Positions 25,582 to 34,967 of a DNA stretch of 44,652 nt are shown here, in pieces. The stretch spans positions 1-44,652 of IMG/VR virus record IMGVR_UViG_3300045988_039442, one strand, 5' to 3'. Each line of letters opens with the position of its first letter. Within the stretch, counting starts at the first letter, position 1. The translations under genes were made by a program, and so were the position numbers. This DNA is from a virus (Duplodnaviria > Heunggongvirae > Uroviricota > Caudoviricetes). The notes beneath the pieces were generated by a model. That model had not been told where the DNA came from. It saw nothing but the letters and a program-made list of their open reading frames with translations, and did not search any database.

Positions 25582-26081
25582 TGAGCGAAGTATATTTCCC
25601 ACGTAGCCTTAAGCCGGTGGTATCGAAAGGCTACTCAATGACAAGACGTAACAACGTCTGGAGTGTCGATTTAGCCGGTGGCGGAGTGCGCCAGGGCCGT
25701 GACACGTATTACGACGTGTTCCCGATAAGCGTAACCCTGATTACATCCGCGCTGGGGCGGCAGGCGTTTCTGTCGTTCCTTGAGAAAGTAGACGGCGGCG
25801 CGTCAAGTTTCTGGATGGCGCACGACTTCGGTATGGGCATTGAGGATTATCAGGTAACTATCACGTCCACCATCGCCGAGTCCACCGAAGACGGGATTAA
25901 CTGGACGATTACTTTCACGGCAGCCGCCGAGAAGTCACCGTTCCAGGACCTTGAGAATCAGTGTCTTGTTAACAATCTGCCGGATTTGTATGGTTGCTAT
26001 GGTGACGGGCTGGTATGTTTCCTTAAAGCCTACGGGACCGCACAATCAACGTTTCCACGAATTTGGGACCCAATGCAATGA
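25581..26081 (+). CDS. distal/minor tail protein
   Basis: Immediately after the tape measure; overlapping stop/start. Confidence 0.55.
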   Translation: MSEVYFPRSLKPVVSKGYSMTRRNNVWSVDLAGGGVRQGRDTYYDVFPISVTLITSALGRQAFLSFLEKVDGGASSFWMAHDFGMGIEDYQVTITSTIAESTEDGINWTITFTAAAEKSPFQDLENQCLVNNLPDLYGCYGDGLVCFLKAYGTAQSTFPRIWDPMQ

Positions 26082-26593
26082 GCAAGGAATCAGTAGAAGC
26101 AGCCTATCGCCGTAAGCTGGCGTCAAATCCAGACGGCGAGATGGACTATATCACGTTGCAAATCAGCCACCCGTTGCTGTCAAAGACGTACTATCTTGTG
26201 CGCGGGCTGCAGGAACTTACAGCAACGCTGGAGACAGGCGAAACAATCACGTTCGAACCAACCCCGATGGAAGCGGCGGGGGCCGCTAACAACAGTGATA
26301 TGGACCAGACGACAACGTTTACTTTACCGGATATTCTCAATCAACTGGATGATGAGATGGGTAAAATCCCGATGAGTAACACCGAGTTGCCGAAGTTCGT
26401 CTTCCGCCGTTACGTCAGCTCCGACCTGTCTTATCCTGCTGACGGCCCTGTCGTGTACGAGTTACAGGCCATCAACCAAGAGAAAGGTGAGTTCTCCGCT
26501 GATGTCGGTACGCCTATGCTGAACCAACGAAGCACTGGTATACTGATGACACCTAAAGAGATACCGTTATTACGCGGCCTGTTGACCACATGA
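26078..26593 (+). CDS. minor tail protein
   Basis: ATG at 26078 within ORF 26063..26593, overlapping the upstream stop. Confidence 0.5.
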   Translation: MSKESVEAAYRRKLASNPDGEMDYITLQISHPLLSKTYYLVRGLQELTATLETGETITFEPTPMEAAGAANNSDMDQTTTFTLPDILNQLDDEMGKIPMSNTELPKFVFRRYVSSDLSYPADGPVVYELQAINQEKGEFSADVGTPMLNQRSTGILMTPKEIPLLRGLLTT

Positions 26594-26955
26594 ATATTAA
26601 CGACTACACGGGCATACCTTACGACTTTCGTAAACGCAATTGCTGGCATCACGTTCGCATTGTCCGCGCGGATGCCGGATTAGAGACCCCCGCGTTCGAC
26701 GTTACAAGCCCAACGGCGATTAACGATGCGTTCGATGAAGGGCATCGCGATACAAAGGGGCTTACAAAAATCGATAGGCCTGAAAACTTCTGTGCCGTGC
26801 TTATGGGGTATCGCCGTGGTGGTCGTATCGTGTGGCACGCGGGAGTTTACTTTGACGGGATGGTGAGTCATTGCGAACTTGCCTCACGTCAGGTACGGCT
26901 TGACAGGCTGGCGGACCTCAGAGACACGTACACGGAGATTGAATTTTGGCGATAA
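26590..26955 (+). CDS. tail assembly protein with NlpC/P60-like Cys/His motif (lambda K C-terminal-like)
   Basis: Candidate catalytic Cys (RNCWHH) and His (VWHAGVYFDGMVSHC); position before the tip protein. Confidence 0.45.
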   Translation: MNINDYTGIPYDFRKRNCWHHVRIVRADAGLETPAFDVTSPTAINDAFDEGHRDTKGLTKIDRPENFCAVLMGYRRGGRIVWHAGVYFDGMVSHCELASRQVRLDRLADLRDTYTEIEFWR

Positions 26956-29516
26956 TCCTGCACTACACGCGAAACGCCGACGGGGCTTTCGACCGTACAA
27001 AACACGTCGGGATGCCGATGGAGTTTGTCGTTAACCACATTCCCGACGGCGTACCTGTACGCGTCTACCTCGGCGAGATTGGCGATGATACTGATGTCAC
27101 CGACGACTTCGACGCGCTTAAAGACGAAGACGCCGTGTACCACATTATTGAGGGTGCTGGCGGCGGAATTGGCGACGCTATTGGGAGTGTATTCAGTTTC
27201 ATCCTTAAGCCAATCGCCAAATTGTTCGGGATTAACACGGCAGCTAACGCTAATTATTCCGCTACCAACAATCAGGCGGCGTCACCTAATAACAGTCTCA
27301 CTGACCGCTCAAACAAGCCACGACCTTATGAGCGTTCTTATGACATCTGCGGGACAGTGCAGACTATCCCCAATGACCTGATGCAGACATATAAGGTGTT
27401 TAACGCTGCGGGGGCGCTTATTGAGTATGCGTACTATGACGCCGGTCGAGGGTATCTGCATATTGAGGAAGACGGTGTAACTGAGGCAGATACCAGAATA
27501 AGTGAGATAACAGGTTCGTCGGTGGCGGTATATTCTCCTTACACTTCGCCGAATAATACCAGCACCCCCCAATTGCATATTGGCGACCCGATAGACCAGA
27601 AGTTGTACATTACATTTAAAAATGCCGATGTCGATGGCGCTGTCCTTCCCGCACCTAATGACATCGCGATAGACGTCGCTCTGTATACTGTACAACGACA
27701 GGGCCCAACAGGCATTGTCGTTGGTAGTGATGCCGGTTTTGACGAAATAATTTCAGTAGGTGACTTGGTCTATTTTGACAACGTCTACGCAGATACGACT
27801 CCAACCTATCAAGGCGATGAAGTTAACCTGGATGGTCGCTATACGGTACTTTCAGTGAGCGAGACCACACTTATCGTTGATATAAGCCCAAATCAATCGG
27901 TATGGAACCAAATAGGAACCGCCCAATGGGAAATAGACGCCAACGTAGGTAATCATCTTATCGGCCCGGCGGACACTTACGCGGCTTCTCTCTCTGAATG
28001 GGCGTACATCACCCGCGGTACTGTCGACCGTGTTGTAGCCAATGTCGCCGCCAGCAACGGCATGTATAAATACAACGGCGATTATAATCGTGCCTCCGTA
28101 ACGGTGGAACTGCAATACCAGATGGTGGACGAATTGAAACAGCCCGTTGGCGATATATTCACCGTGCAAGGCACTGTTACAGGGAGAAACACTGATTACA
28201 CTGGTATTACCTTATATGGTAGTTTGCCTACTGCTTCCCGATTCCGCGCCCGTATGCGTCGTGTTTCTGACACCGATAAAGATTTTGAGGGTACTGTTAG
28301 TGACGAGGTTACTTTCACTAATCTGTACGGGCAGTCACTGGATACAACCCCGCACTACGGCAACCGCACTACCGTACACTGCGCTCGTAAACAAACGCCA
28401 CGTGCCGCGGAGGTGTCCGAACCGGAACTACGCATGATTGCTACCGAGATGTGCTACAAATACCTCGGAAATGGCGTATTCGATACGGCAATGACACCGA
28501 ACACTCAGGCCGTGCAGTCACTAATCCGCTTGGCTCGCGACCCCGCGGTGGGTAATCTGGAACTGACAACGGCAAACATGGACAAGTTACTCGCCGTTCA
28601 GGAAGAAATTGAGTCTTATTTTGGTAGTAAATTAGCTGGACAATTCTGCTACACGTTCGACGATTACGACACAACTATGCAGGACATTGTTCAGACCATA
28701 GCGGAAGCCGTGTTCTGTACAGCGTACCGTAAAGGTGCAGATATTATGCTGCGATTCGACCGTCCGGTCGCGGGGCCGGAGATGGTGTTCACTCACCGCA
28801 GCAAAACGACCGGTACAGAGAAATGGACGCGCACGTTCAACGATTCGACAACCTACGATAGCCTGTCGTTCTCGTACATCGACCCGGATACGAACGTACA
28901 GGAGACAATTTATATCCCGGAAGAACTCGGTGCAAATACCGAGGAATACGAATCGAAGGGCGTGCGCAACTACCAGCAGGCGTACTGGCTCGCGTGGCGT
29001 CGCTACCAGCGCAACACGTTAAGTAAAGTTGTCGTAGAGTTCGAAGCTACAGAAGAAGGCGCCCTCGCTACCCCTGGCGGTGTAATCAGCGTGGTTAAAG
29101 GTTCACGCATTGCGCCACAAGACGGCTATGTTGTTGCCGTTAATGGGCTTGCGCTTACGCTGTCTCAGCCAGTTACATTTACTCCAGGTGACGACCACTC
29201 CATCATCCTCAAGAAGCGCGACGGCTCGGTGCAAAGCATCTCTGTTATCAAAGGAAGCCACGACCGCGAAGTGATTATGCTCTCTGCGCCGGAGGAGGCA
29301 ATCTACACGGGGAATAGCGCACTAAAAACTGAGTTTTCATTCGGCAACGAAGCAAGGCATAATGCTCAGAAGATAGTTGTTTCTTCAATAGACCCGGGCG
29401 ACGACCGCACGGTCAAGATTACTGGCTACAACTATGATGACGGATTCTACAAATACGACGGCGTCGCGCCATACGGCAGCGGTTTCTCCGACGGATTCAG
29501 CAATGGTTTTAATTAA
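26946..29516 (+). CDS. tail tip/host-specificity protein (J-like)
   Basis: 856 aa at the end of the tail module; TTG start as in the ORF track (ATG at 27012 is the alternative). Confidence 0.6.
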   Translation: MAIILHYTRNADGAFDRTKHVGMPMEFVVNHIPDGVPVRVYLGEIGDDTDVTDDFDALKDEDAVYHIIEGAGGGIGDAIGSVFSFILKPIAKLFGINTAANANYSATNNQAASPNNSLTDRSNKPRPYERSYDICGTVQTIPNDLMQTYKVFNAAGALIEYAYYDAGRGYLHIEEDGVTEADTRISEITGSSVAVYSPYTSPNNTSTPQLHIGDPIDQKLYITFKNADVDGAVLPAPNDIAIDVALYTVQRQGPTGIVVGSDAGFDEIISVGDLVYFDNVYADTTPTYQGDEVNLDGRYTVLSVSETTLIVDISPNQSVWNQIGTAQWEIDANVGNHLIGPADTYAASLSEWAYITRGTVDRVVANVAASNGMYKYNGDYNRASVTVELQYQMVDELKQPVGDIFTVQGTVTGRNTDYTGITLYGSLPTASRFRARMRRVSDTDKDFEGTVSDEVTFTNLYGQSLDTTPHYGNRTTVHCARKQTPRAAEVSEPELRMIATEMCYKYLGNGVFDTAMTPNTQAVQSLIRLARDPAVGNLELTTANMDKLLAVQEEIESYFGSKLAGQFCYTFDDYDTTMQDIVQTIAEAVFCTAYRKGADIMLRFDRPVAGPEMVFTHRSKTTGTEKWTRTFNDSTTYDSLSFSYIDPDTNVQETIYIPEELGANTEEYESKGVRNYQQAYWLAWRRYQRNTLSKVVVEFEATEEGALATPGGVISVVKGSRIAPQDGYVVAVNGLALTLSQPVTFTPGDDHSIILKKRDGSVQSISVIKGSHDREVIMLSAPEEAIYTGNSALKTEFSFGNEARHNAQKIVVSSIDPGDDRTVKITGYNYDDGFYKYDGVAPYGSGFSDGFSNGFN

Positions 29517-29528
29517 AGAGGACTCTAT

Positions 29529-31367
29529 ATGTCAAGCGGATGCGGTGACGTTTTAAGCCTGGCGGATTTACAAACCGCCAAGAAACACCAGATTTTCGAA
29601 GCCGAGGTTATTACTGGTAAATCCGGAGGAGTCGCCGGCGGTGATAATATTGATTACGCGACCAACCAGGTTACAGGGCAGACACAGAAGACGCTCCCCG
29701 CCGTGTTGCGGGATGCATGTTTTTCTCCTGTATCTTGGGACTTTTCTACTGGCGGCACGCTAACCGTTAATGATCGGGACAAAGTGGTTTATGACCCGGT
29801 GGGCAAAACGTGGTACTCGTACGCGGGTACGTTGCCGGTTGTAGTCCCCGCAGCATTTAACCCGGTCGGTAACGCGGACTGGAAACCTCAGACAGACCAT
29901 GATTTACGCGAAGAATTATCCGAAATTGACGGAGAAAAATTAGTAGGAACTTGCCCCGATGTGGCTACACTGCGGACGATAGAACCAACCGTATCTAACC
30001 AAGTTATCACGGTACGAGGCTACTACTCTGACACGCCCGGGCTTGGGGGAGGAACGTTTATAGCCTTTTCCAGTTCTGAGGCAGATGACGGCGTGAATAT
30101 TTTTGTTACCCCCGGCGGTAAGCGCTGGAAGAGAACAGGAAGTCACATCGATATTCCGGTAGAGAACGGGGGCATGATGGCATCTCGTACACCGGAGCAA
30201 AACAGTGAAGCTCTTGAGCGTATTCATTCTTGCCTTCCACAGACTGGAGGTAAATTAAGATTTTCAGATTTTTATGATATTAAGTATGGAGCTATATGTC
30301 CGCCACGCGTCATGTGGGAGGGTATTGGTAGAGACTCATGCGGCTTACGTAAAACAGGTAACGATGTTAAAACCGTTCCAGACCGTATGTGGCAAGGCGC
30401 ACCCCATAGCTTCTCCCTGGATTTTATTGCTGCTATTGACATGGATAGTAGCGTGGCAGGCGACCTTACCGGAAACTTTAGCCGTTCCGGCTGTATTACT
30501 GGTATGAGTTTGATTGGTGCCGCTACTGCAAAAAATGCCTATGGTATTTATAGTGCAATAAGCTATATGGTTCGATTAGAAGACCTGTATATAGAAAACG
30601 TGATGACAGGGTACCGAACAAGTGATAGCTGGCTTCAGGTGTTTGATTCACTTATCATTAAAGATGTTCAAGATGGCATTTCTGTAGACACCGGCGGCAC
30701 AACTTTTAACTTAAATAACGTTTATGTCAGGAATGTATCCCGGTGGGCATATAAGTTTACTAACATTACTTATTCCAATCTTAAAGGTTGTGCAACGGAT
30801 TATGTAACTGGTTCCGCTTATGTGTTCTTAGGGTGCACTAGTGTAGTTATGGACGGCTGCGGGGCAGAAGAGATTCATGGTAGCCTCTTTGAGTGTAATC
30901 AATCTCGCTTATCTATTAATGCCTTTCGTAGTGTTAATCTCACAGATACGGGAAGTGTTGCCTGCATCTTTACTCAATGTGCAGTCACCATTACTGGTAG
31001 CTACCTGCCGGAGTTTGCTGGTTCACCTACTAGCAAATACTGGCAAGTTAATGACACTACCATTAACCTGATTAATACCGTTGCACCGGCAGCCTCCCGT
31101 GTGCTGTGGGCAGCAGGTGTTTCGCAGTTTAACTACTCAGACTGGGGAGGTAATTATACAATCTGGGGTACGTACACATGGACAGCTGCTGGTTACAAAA
31201 TTAACGGCATTGCGCATGTATACGGGGATGCTCCCCCTGATTCTTCAGTCACCCAATTCGGCAATGGTGCGCGATGGGAGCTTCTGACACCAGTTGCTGG
31301 GCGACCTTATAAATGGGTCCATGTTGGCTCTGGTGTGTGGAAGGTTGCTGGTAATGTAACTAGCTAA
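29529..31367 (+). CDS. tail fibre/tailspike with predicted right-handed beta-helix C-terminal domain
   Basis: 612 aa; the C-terminal part is rich in Gly/Ser/Thr/Asn/Tyr repeats typical of beta-helix receptor-binding or depolymerase domains; AT-richer from about 30.2 kb. Confidence 0.55.
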   Translation: MSSGCGDVLSLADLQTAKKHQIFEAEVITGKSGGVAGGDNIDYATNQVTGQTQKTLPAVLRDACFSPVSWDFSTGGTLTVNDRDKVVYDPVGKTWYSYAGTLPVVVPAAFNPVGNADWKPQTDHDLREELSEIDGEKLVGTCPDVATLRTIEPTVSNQVITVRGYYSDTPGLGGGTFIAFSSSEADDGVNIFVTPGGKRWKRTGSHIDIPVENGGMMASRTPEQNSEALERIHSCLPQTGGKLRFSDFYDIKYGAICPPRVMWEGIGRDSCGLRKTGNDVKTVPDRMWQGAPHSFSLDFIAAIDMDSSVAGDLTGNFSRSGCITGMSLIGAATAKNAYGIYSAISYMVRLEDLYIENVMTGYRTSDSWLQVFDSLIIKDVQDGISVDTGGTTFNLNNVYVRNVSRWAYKFTNITYSNLKGCATDYVTGSAYVFLGCTSVVMDGCGAEEIHGSLFECNQSRLSINAFRSVNLTDTGSVACIFTQCAVTITGSYLPEFAGSPTSKYWQVNDTTINLINTVAPAASRVLWAAGVSQFNYSDWGGNYTIWGTYTWTAAGYKINGIAHVYGDAPPDSSVTQFGNGARWELLTPVAGRPYKWVHVGSGVWKVAGNVTS

Positions 31368-31396
31368 AACTAAGGCCCCAAACGGGGCCTTTTCTC
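31368..31396. terminator. bidirectional hairpin terminator between the convergent structural and replication blocks
   Basis: AAGGCCCC-AAAC-GGGGCCTT followed by TTCT. Confidence 0.65.
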
Positions 31397-31533
31397 TACT
31401 CTCCTGATAACTTCTCCAGTATAAACGCCAGTTGCGCATTAGCGGCGTCTCTCTGTTGCCGTAGTCGTAGAACCTCTTCTTCGAGTTCCTTGATACGTTT
31501 TTGCAATGCCGGAATCGGGGCCATGATGTTCAT
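31396..31533 (-). CDS. hypothetical small coiled-coil protein (45 aa)
   Basis: ATGA overlap with the upstream gene; below the ORF-track cut-off. Confidence 0.3.
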   Translation of the reverse strand: MNIMAPIPALQKRIKELEEEVLRLRQQRDAANAQLAFILEKLSGE

Positions 31534-31709
31534 TTCTTAAAATCCTTATACAATTCTGCGACACCGGCAGCCAACAGCATCATTCCCGCGCCCACCATCA
31601 CACCCGCATCAAAGGTTTTTCCGTCCAAGATACCGCACAATAATAATACCGACCCAGGCCCCACTCGGCAAAATAGCCACAAAACTATTAATGCTGTATT
31701 AAATTTCAT
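31530..31709 (-). CDS. small membrane protein (about 59 aa)
   Basis: ATGA overlap with the helicase stop; two hydrophobic segments. Confidence 0.35.
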   Translation of the reverse strand: MKFNTALIVLWLFCRVGPGSVLLLCGILDGKTFDAGVMVGAGMMLLAAGVAELYKDFKK

Positions 31710-33130
31710 TTCTTACCTCGTCTCTTCATGTAATTAAGCAACTCTTCCTGCACCGATTTCTTCTCGTCTGTACGCGCGGCAACAACCTCGTCCAGCGTGT
31801 CTTTAGCGACGATGTGGTAGAGGAACACCGGTCGTTCGTGGCCTGCCTGTTTCTGGCGGACCGGGCCTATACGTTCGACGACCTGCAAATAGTGCTCAAG
31901 GTTCCAGCCCTGCGAAATAAACGCCAGATGATGCCCGCCGTCCTGTAAATTCAAACCATGACCGGCTGACGCAGGATGTACGCATAGGATTTCGATTTCA
32001 CCACGGTTCCACGCTTCCATCTGCTTATTACCCTTAGCGCCTTTAGCAAACGCCTGTGCTTGCGGGAATCGCTTAAGGATGCGCTCCAGTTCGTGCTTGA
32101 ACTGATAGGCCACCAGCAACGGCGCGCCCTGTAACTCCTCAACAATGGACTCAAGCGCATCCAGTTTCGTATCGTGCACTTTCTCCCAGTCTTTCGTTGC
32201 TTCGCCATCCGGTCCTGACACGTACACGGCACCAGAAGCAATCTGCAGGCACTTCGACGTCTTCGCTGCCGCGTTAGCCGCTTCAACTTCTCCGCTCTCC
32301 AGTTCCGCGAATAACTTTTCCTCCATATCTATGTACGCCTGACGCGCTTTCTTCGGCAGGTCGATTTCAACTGGCACAATAATCGGAGCTTCGCAACCAA
32401 ACCACTCGGCGGCGTCAATAGTCAGGCTGATGTCCTTCATCTTCTGGTGAATTTCATTATCTGCTCCCGGGCGTGCGTGGTACTCCCGCGCCATAGCCGA
32501 TTTGCCTTTTTGCACCGAGTTAAACCAGCGGTCGGTGAACGCCGTGTATGAAGAACCGAGGCGCTCGCCTGCGTCTATAAACCAGTTCTGACCCCACAAG
32601 TCCTTGAGGCCGTTCGGTGACGGTGTTCCCGTAAGGTTTATCAGCCTCTTAACATTTCTAAATGCTACTTTACTAAGCGCCTTTGCCCTCTTGCTCCCGC
32701 CTGAACGGCTACGGAATGACTTAAGCTTCGTGCTTTCATCGTTAACTATCACAGTAAAGGGCCAGTCATCTACTCCGTAATAGTCGATAAGCCACTCTAT
32801 AACCTCATAGTTAATACAAATTACATTAGCGTCTGACTCCAGCGCAGCGATGCGGCGCTTTTCTGAACCGGTCGCGTCTATGACGCGCAGACACGGGAAA
32901 CCCCACTTAGTTTGTTCCGCGGGCCATGTACCTGACGCAACGCGCAGCGGGGCGAGTATTAACACGCGGTCGTCATCATTAAGTTGGCCGTTGCGGAACA
33001 GTCGGTTTAATGCCCACAGTACGCTGCCAGTCTTCCCGGCGCCCATGCTCGCCCATATGTTGCAGCGATTGTGCCGCAACATGAACGAGGTCATGAGCTT
33101 CTGGTATTCGCGCCTTTGAAACTTAGACAT
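31706..33130 (-). CDS. SNF2/DEAD-like superfamily 2 helicase
   Basis: Walker A GAGKTGS with downstream helicase motifs; ATG at 33130 chosen 2 nt after the methyltransferase stop (ORF track extends to 33448). Confidence 0.75.
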   Translation of the reverse strand: MSKFQRREYQKLMTSFMLRHNRCNIWASMGAGKTGSVLWALNRLFRNGQLNDDDRVLILAPLRVASGTWPAEQTKWGFPCLRVIDATGSEKRRIAALESDANVICINYEVIEWLIDYYGVDDWPFTVIVNDESTKLKSFRSRSGGSKRAKALSKVAFRNVKRLINLTGTPSPNGLKDLWGQNWFIDAGERLGSSYTAFTDRWFNSVQKGKSAMAREYHARPGADNEIHQKMKDISLTIDAAEWFGCEAPIIVPVEIDLPKKARQAYIDMEEKLFAELESGEVEAANAAAKTSKCLQIASGAVYVSGPDGEATKDWEKVHDTKLDALESIVEELQGAPLLVAYQFKHELERILKRFPQAQAFAKGAKGNKQMEAWNRGEIEILCVHPASAGHGLNLQDGGHHLAFISQGWNLEHYLQVVERIGPVRQKQAGHERPVFLYHIVAKDTLDEVVAARTDEKKSVQEELLNYMKRRGKK

Positions 33131-33806
33131 GATTAGCCTCGTAAACTGCTTTTGCGAAACCGCGCGGAGTAAGGCTGCGGATTGTTTTTGTTCTGGCGCT
33201 CTTTCCGCCGAGTTTAGCCCAACCAGGGTTATCTCCACTATCCGCGCTAACCACGGCAACGTCTGGCATAACAAACCCATTGCCCGTCCACAGGCACGTC
33301 TTTTTAACATACGCATCTCGCGCTGGAATAACATCCGGGAACATTGGATGTGCGTCGCCTTCCGGTAAATATCCACCGTATTCGTACGGATTGAACACGT
33401 AGTCTGGCTTACGCCATAGAGACGAAAGAACGCTAACAGGGTTTTCAATCATATAAGGTACGTTGTATTTTTTAGCCAGACGCGCCGCCACTTTGCATGT
33501 AATTACGGCCTCTACCTGAAAAGTTGGGTTATTCTTCCGCTTCGTTTCAAAATGCGCCGCACCGCTAACGGCTAAATCTGTGCACGGAGGGAACGCAAAA
33601 ATAATATCCGGCGCAACGCCGAAGTCGAATCTATTATCAATCCACGCGTTTATATAATGGATATTTTCATGTACAACTTTTGCACCCAATCGTGCGTAGT
33701 CGCCGTGGTTAGCGCCGTCGTAGTTGAAACAATAGCAAGTATGGCCTGCTTCCGCCCACGGTTGGGCCATAAGGCCCGAACCGTCAAACAAGGACCAGAC
33801 AATCAT
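33123..33806 (-). CDS. short DNA (cytosine-5)-methyltransferase-like protein
   Basis: Motif I LFDGSG, motif IV FPPC, motif VI ENPV, C-terminal GNG; only 227 aa, so the target-recognition region is minimal. Confidence 0.55.
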   Translation of the reverse strand: MIVWSLFDGSGLMAQPWAEAGHTCYCFNYDGANHGDYARLGAKVVHENIHYINAWIDNRFDFGVAPDIIFAFPPCTDLAVSGAAHFETKRKNNPTFQVEAVITCKVAARLAKKYNVPYMIENPVSVLSSLWRKPDYVFNPYEYGGYLPEGDAHPMFPDVIPARDAYVKKTCLWTGNGFVMPDVAVVSADSGDNPGWAKLGGKSARTKTIRSLTPRGFAKAVYEANHV

Positions 33807-33994
33807 TTCGCCACCAGAACTAACTCTTTACGCCCGAACGCCGTAACGTTACCGGTTACATCTTCGATAACCAGTTTACCGTTCGACTCGACGTACACCG
33901 TATCAACGGCGACAGGACGACGTGTCTTAACGTTGAAAATCATGTCACCCGGTACGATGTCACGTGCTGGTTTGCGGTCATATTCGTGTTTCAT
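33803..33994 (-). CDS. hypothetical protein
   Basis: ORF track entry; stop overlaps the methyltransferase start. Confidence 0.45.
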   Translation of the reverse strand: MKHEYDRKPARDIVPGDMIFNVKTRRPVAVDTVYVESNGKLVIEDVTGNVTAFGRKELVLVAK

Positions 33995-34033
33995 TTCTCA
34001 ATTCCTTATAGTTAAGGCCCCGAAGGGCCTGTA

Positions 34034-34288
34034 TTAGTTAGATAATTCGGCTTGAACTTGCTTAATAAGTTCTCCAGCCGTTGTGAAGTCTACAGACAGC
34101 CCTTTAGCGACGTCTTCCGCAAGCACTTTGCGGCCAACTGACCCGAAACCCAGGATACGGTTTACTTCCGAAACCTTCATAGACCATGAGTAATTAACTG
34201 ACGCCCCTGTGTATTTACCGATGCGAACAGATGAATCGATTGAACAGAGAATCATGGTGTTTACTGACAGTTGAAGTTCGATAGTCAT
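34034..34288 (-). CDS. hypothetical protein
   Basis: ORF track entry; co-oriented with the replication block. Confidence 0.45.
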   Translation of the reverse strand: MTIELQLSVNTMILCSIDSSVRIGKYTGASVNYSWSMKVSEVNRILGFGSVGRKVLAEDVAKGLSVDFTTAGELIKQVQAELSN

Positions 34289-34307
34289 TTCATAATTCCT
34301 TATATTG

Positions 34308-34604
34308 TTAGGGTATGTGTTTACTATAATAGTCCGCTATTAGGGTGTCAACCTGTTTAAACGAACCAACGACAAAAACATTCGCGCCGCGTTTACGCAT
34401 CCGCTCGTGCTCGCGTAGCTGGTGCGGGTCGGGCTTCGTGTTTTCGTCTTTCTTAACCTCGACGAACCAGATGATGCCGTCGGGGAGAATTACCAGCAGG
34501 TCGGGAGCACCGGAACGTCCTTCGTAGGAGAGCTTGCGAACGAGGCCCCCCAGGGCCTCGAACCTCTCTTTCGCGTATTTCTGCACGCGACCCTCTTTAG
34601 TCAT
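34308..34604 (-). CDS. VRR-NUC domain nuclease
   Basis: PDLLVILPDG ... WFVEVK is a PD-(D/E)XK core typical of VRR-NUC; ATG at 34604 within ORF 34308..34784. Confidence 0.6.
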   Translation of the reverse strand: MTKEGRVQKYAKERFEALGGLVRKLSYEGRSGAPDLLVILPDGIIWFVEVKKDENTKPDPHQLREHERMRKRGANVFVVGSFKQVDTLIADYYSKHIP

Positions 34605-34753
34605 GACCGCAGAATCCAGGTAATGAAAGCCCCTCCTAGAACGGCAACACCGACAAACTGAAAGAACAGGCCATAACAGAACATCGCGGCTATTCCCGCA
34701 CCGAGCAACAGTGCGAGCATGGTTACGACTGCCCCAAATACAAACATCATCAT
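34601..34753 (-). CDS. small membrane protein (50 aa)
   Basis: ATGA overlap with the VRR-NUC start; hydrophobic throughout. Confidence 0.35.
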   Translation of the reverse strand: MMMFVFGAVVTMLALLLGAGIAAMFCYGLFFQFVGVAVLGGAFITWILRS

Positions 34754-34835
34754 AATACGCACCCCTCACGTTTTGTATGCTCAATACCGCAGCGCGGACA
34801 GATTCGGCAGTCTTCTTCGTAGAACCAGTAAATTT

Positions 34836-34967
34836 TCATTCCAGCACCCACAGATAAATTGCGATGAACATACCCAATACGGCGACCATCATGCCGTATT
34901 GGCCCTCGTGACAGTACACACCGGCGGCAAATCCCGCCAGTACCGCGATAATCAGTTTACTTAGCAT
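34836..34967 (-). CDS. small membrane protein (43 aa)
   Basis: Start overlaps the DNA polymerase stop; followed by a 28-aa CxxC-CxxC ORF (34756-34839). Confidence 0.3.
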   Translation of the reverse strand: MLSKLIIAVLAGFAAGVYCHEGQYGMMVAVLGMFIAIYLWVLE

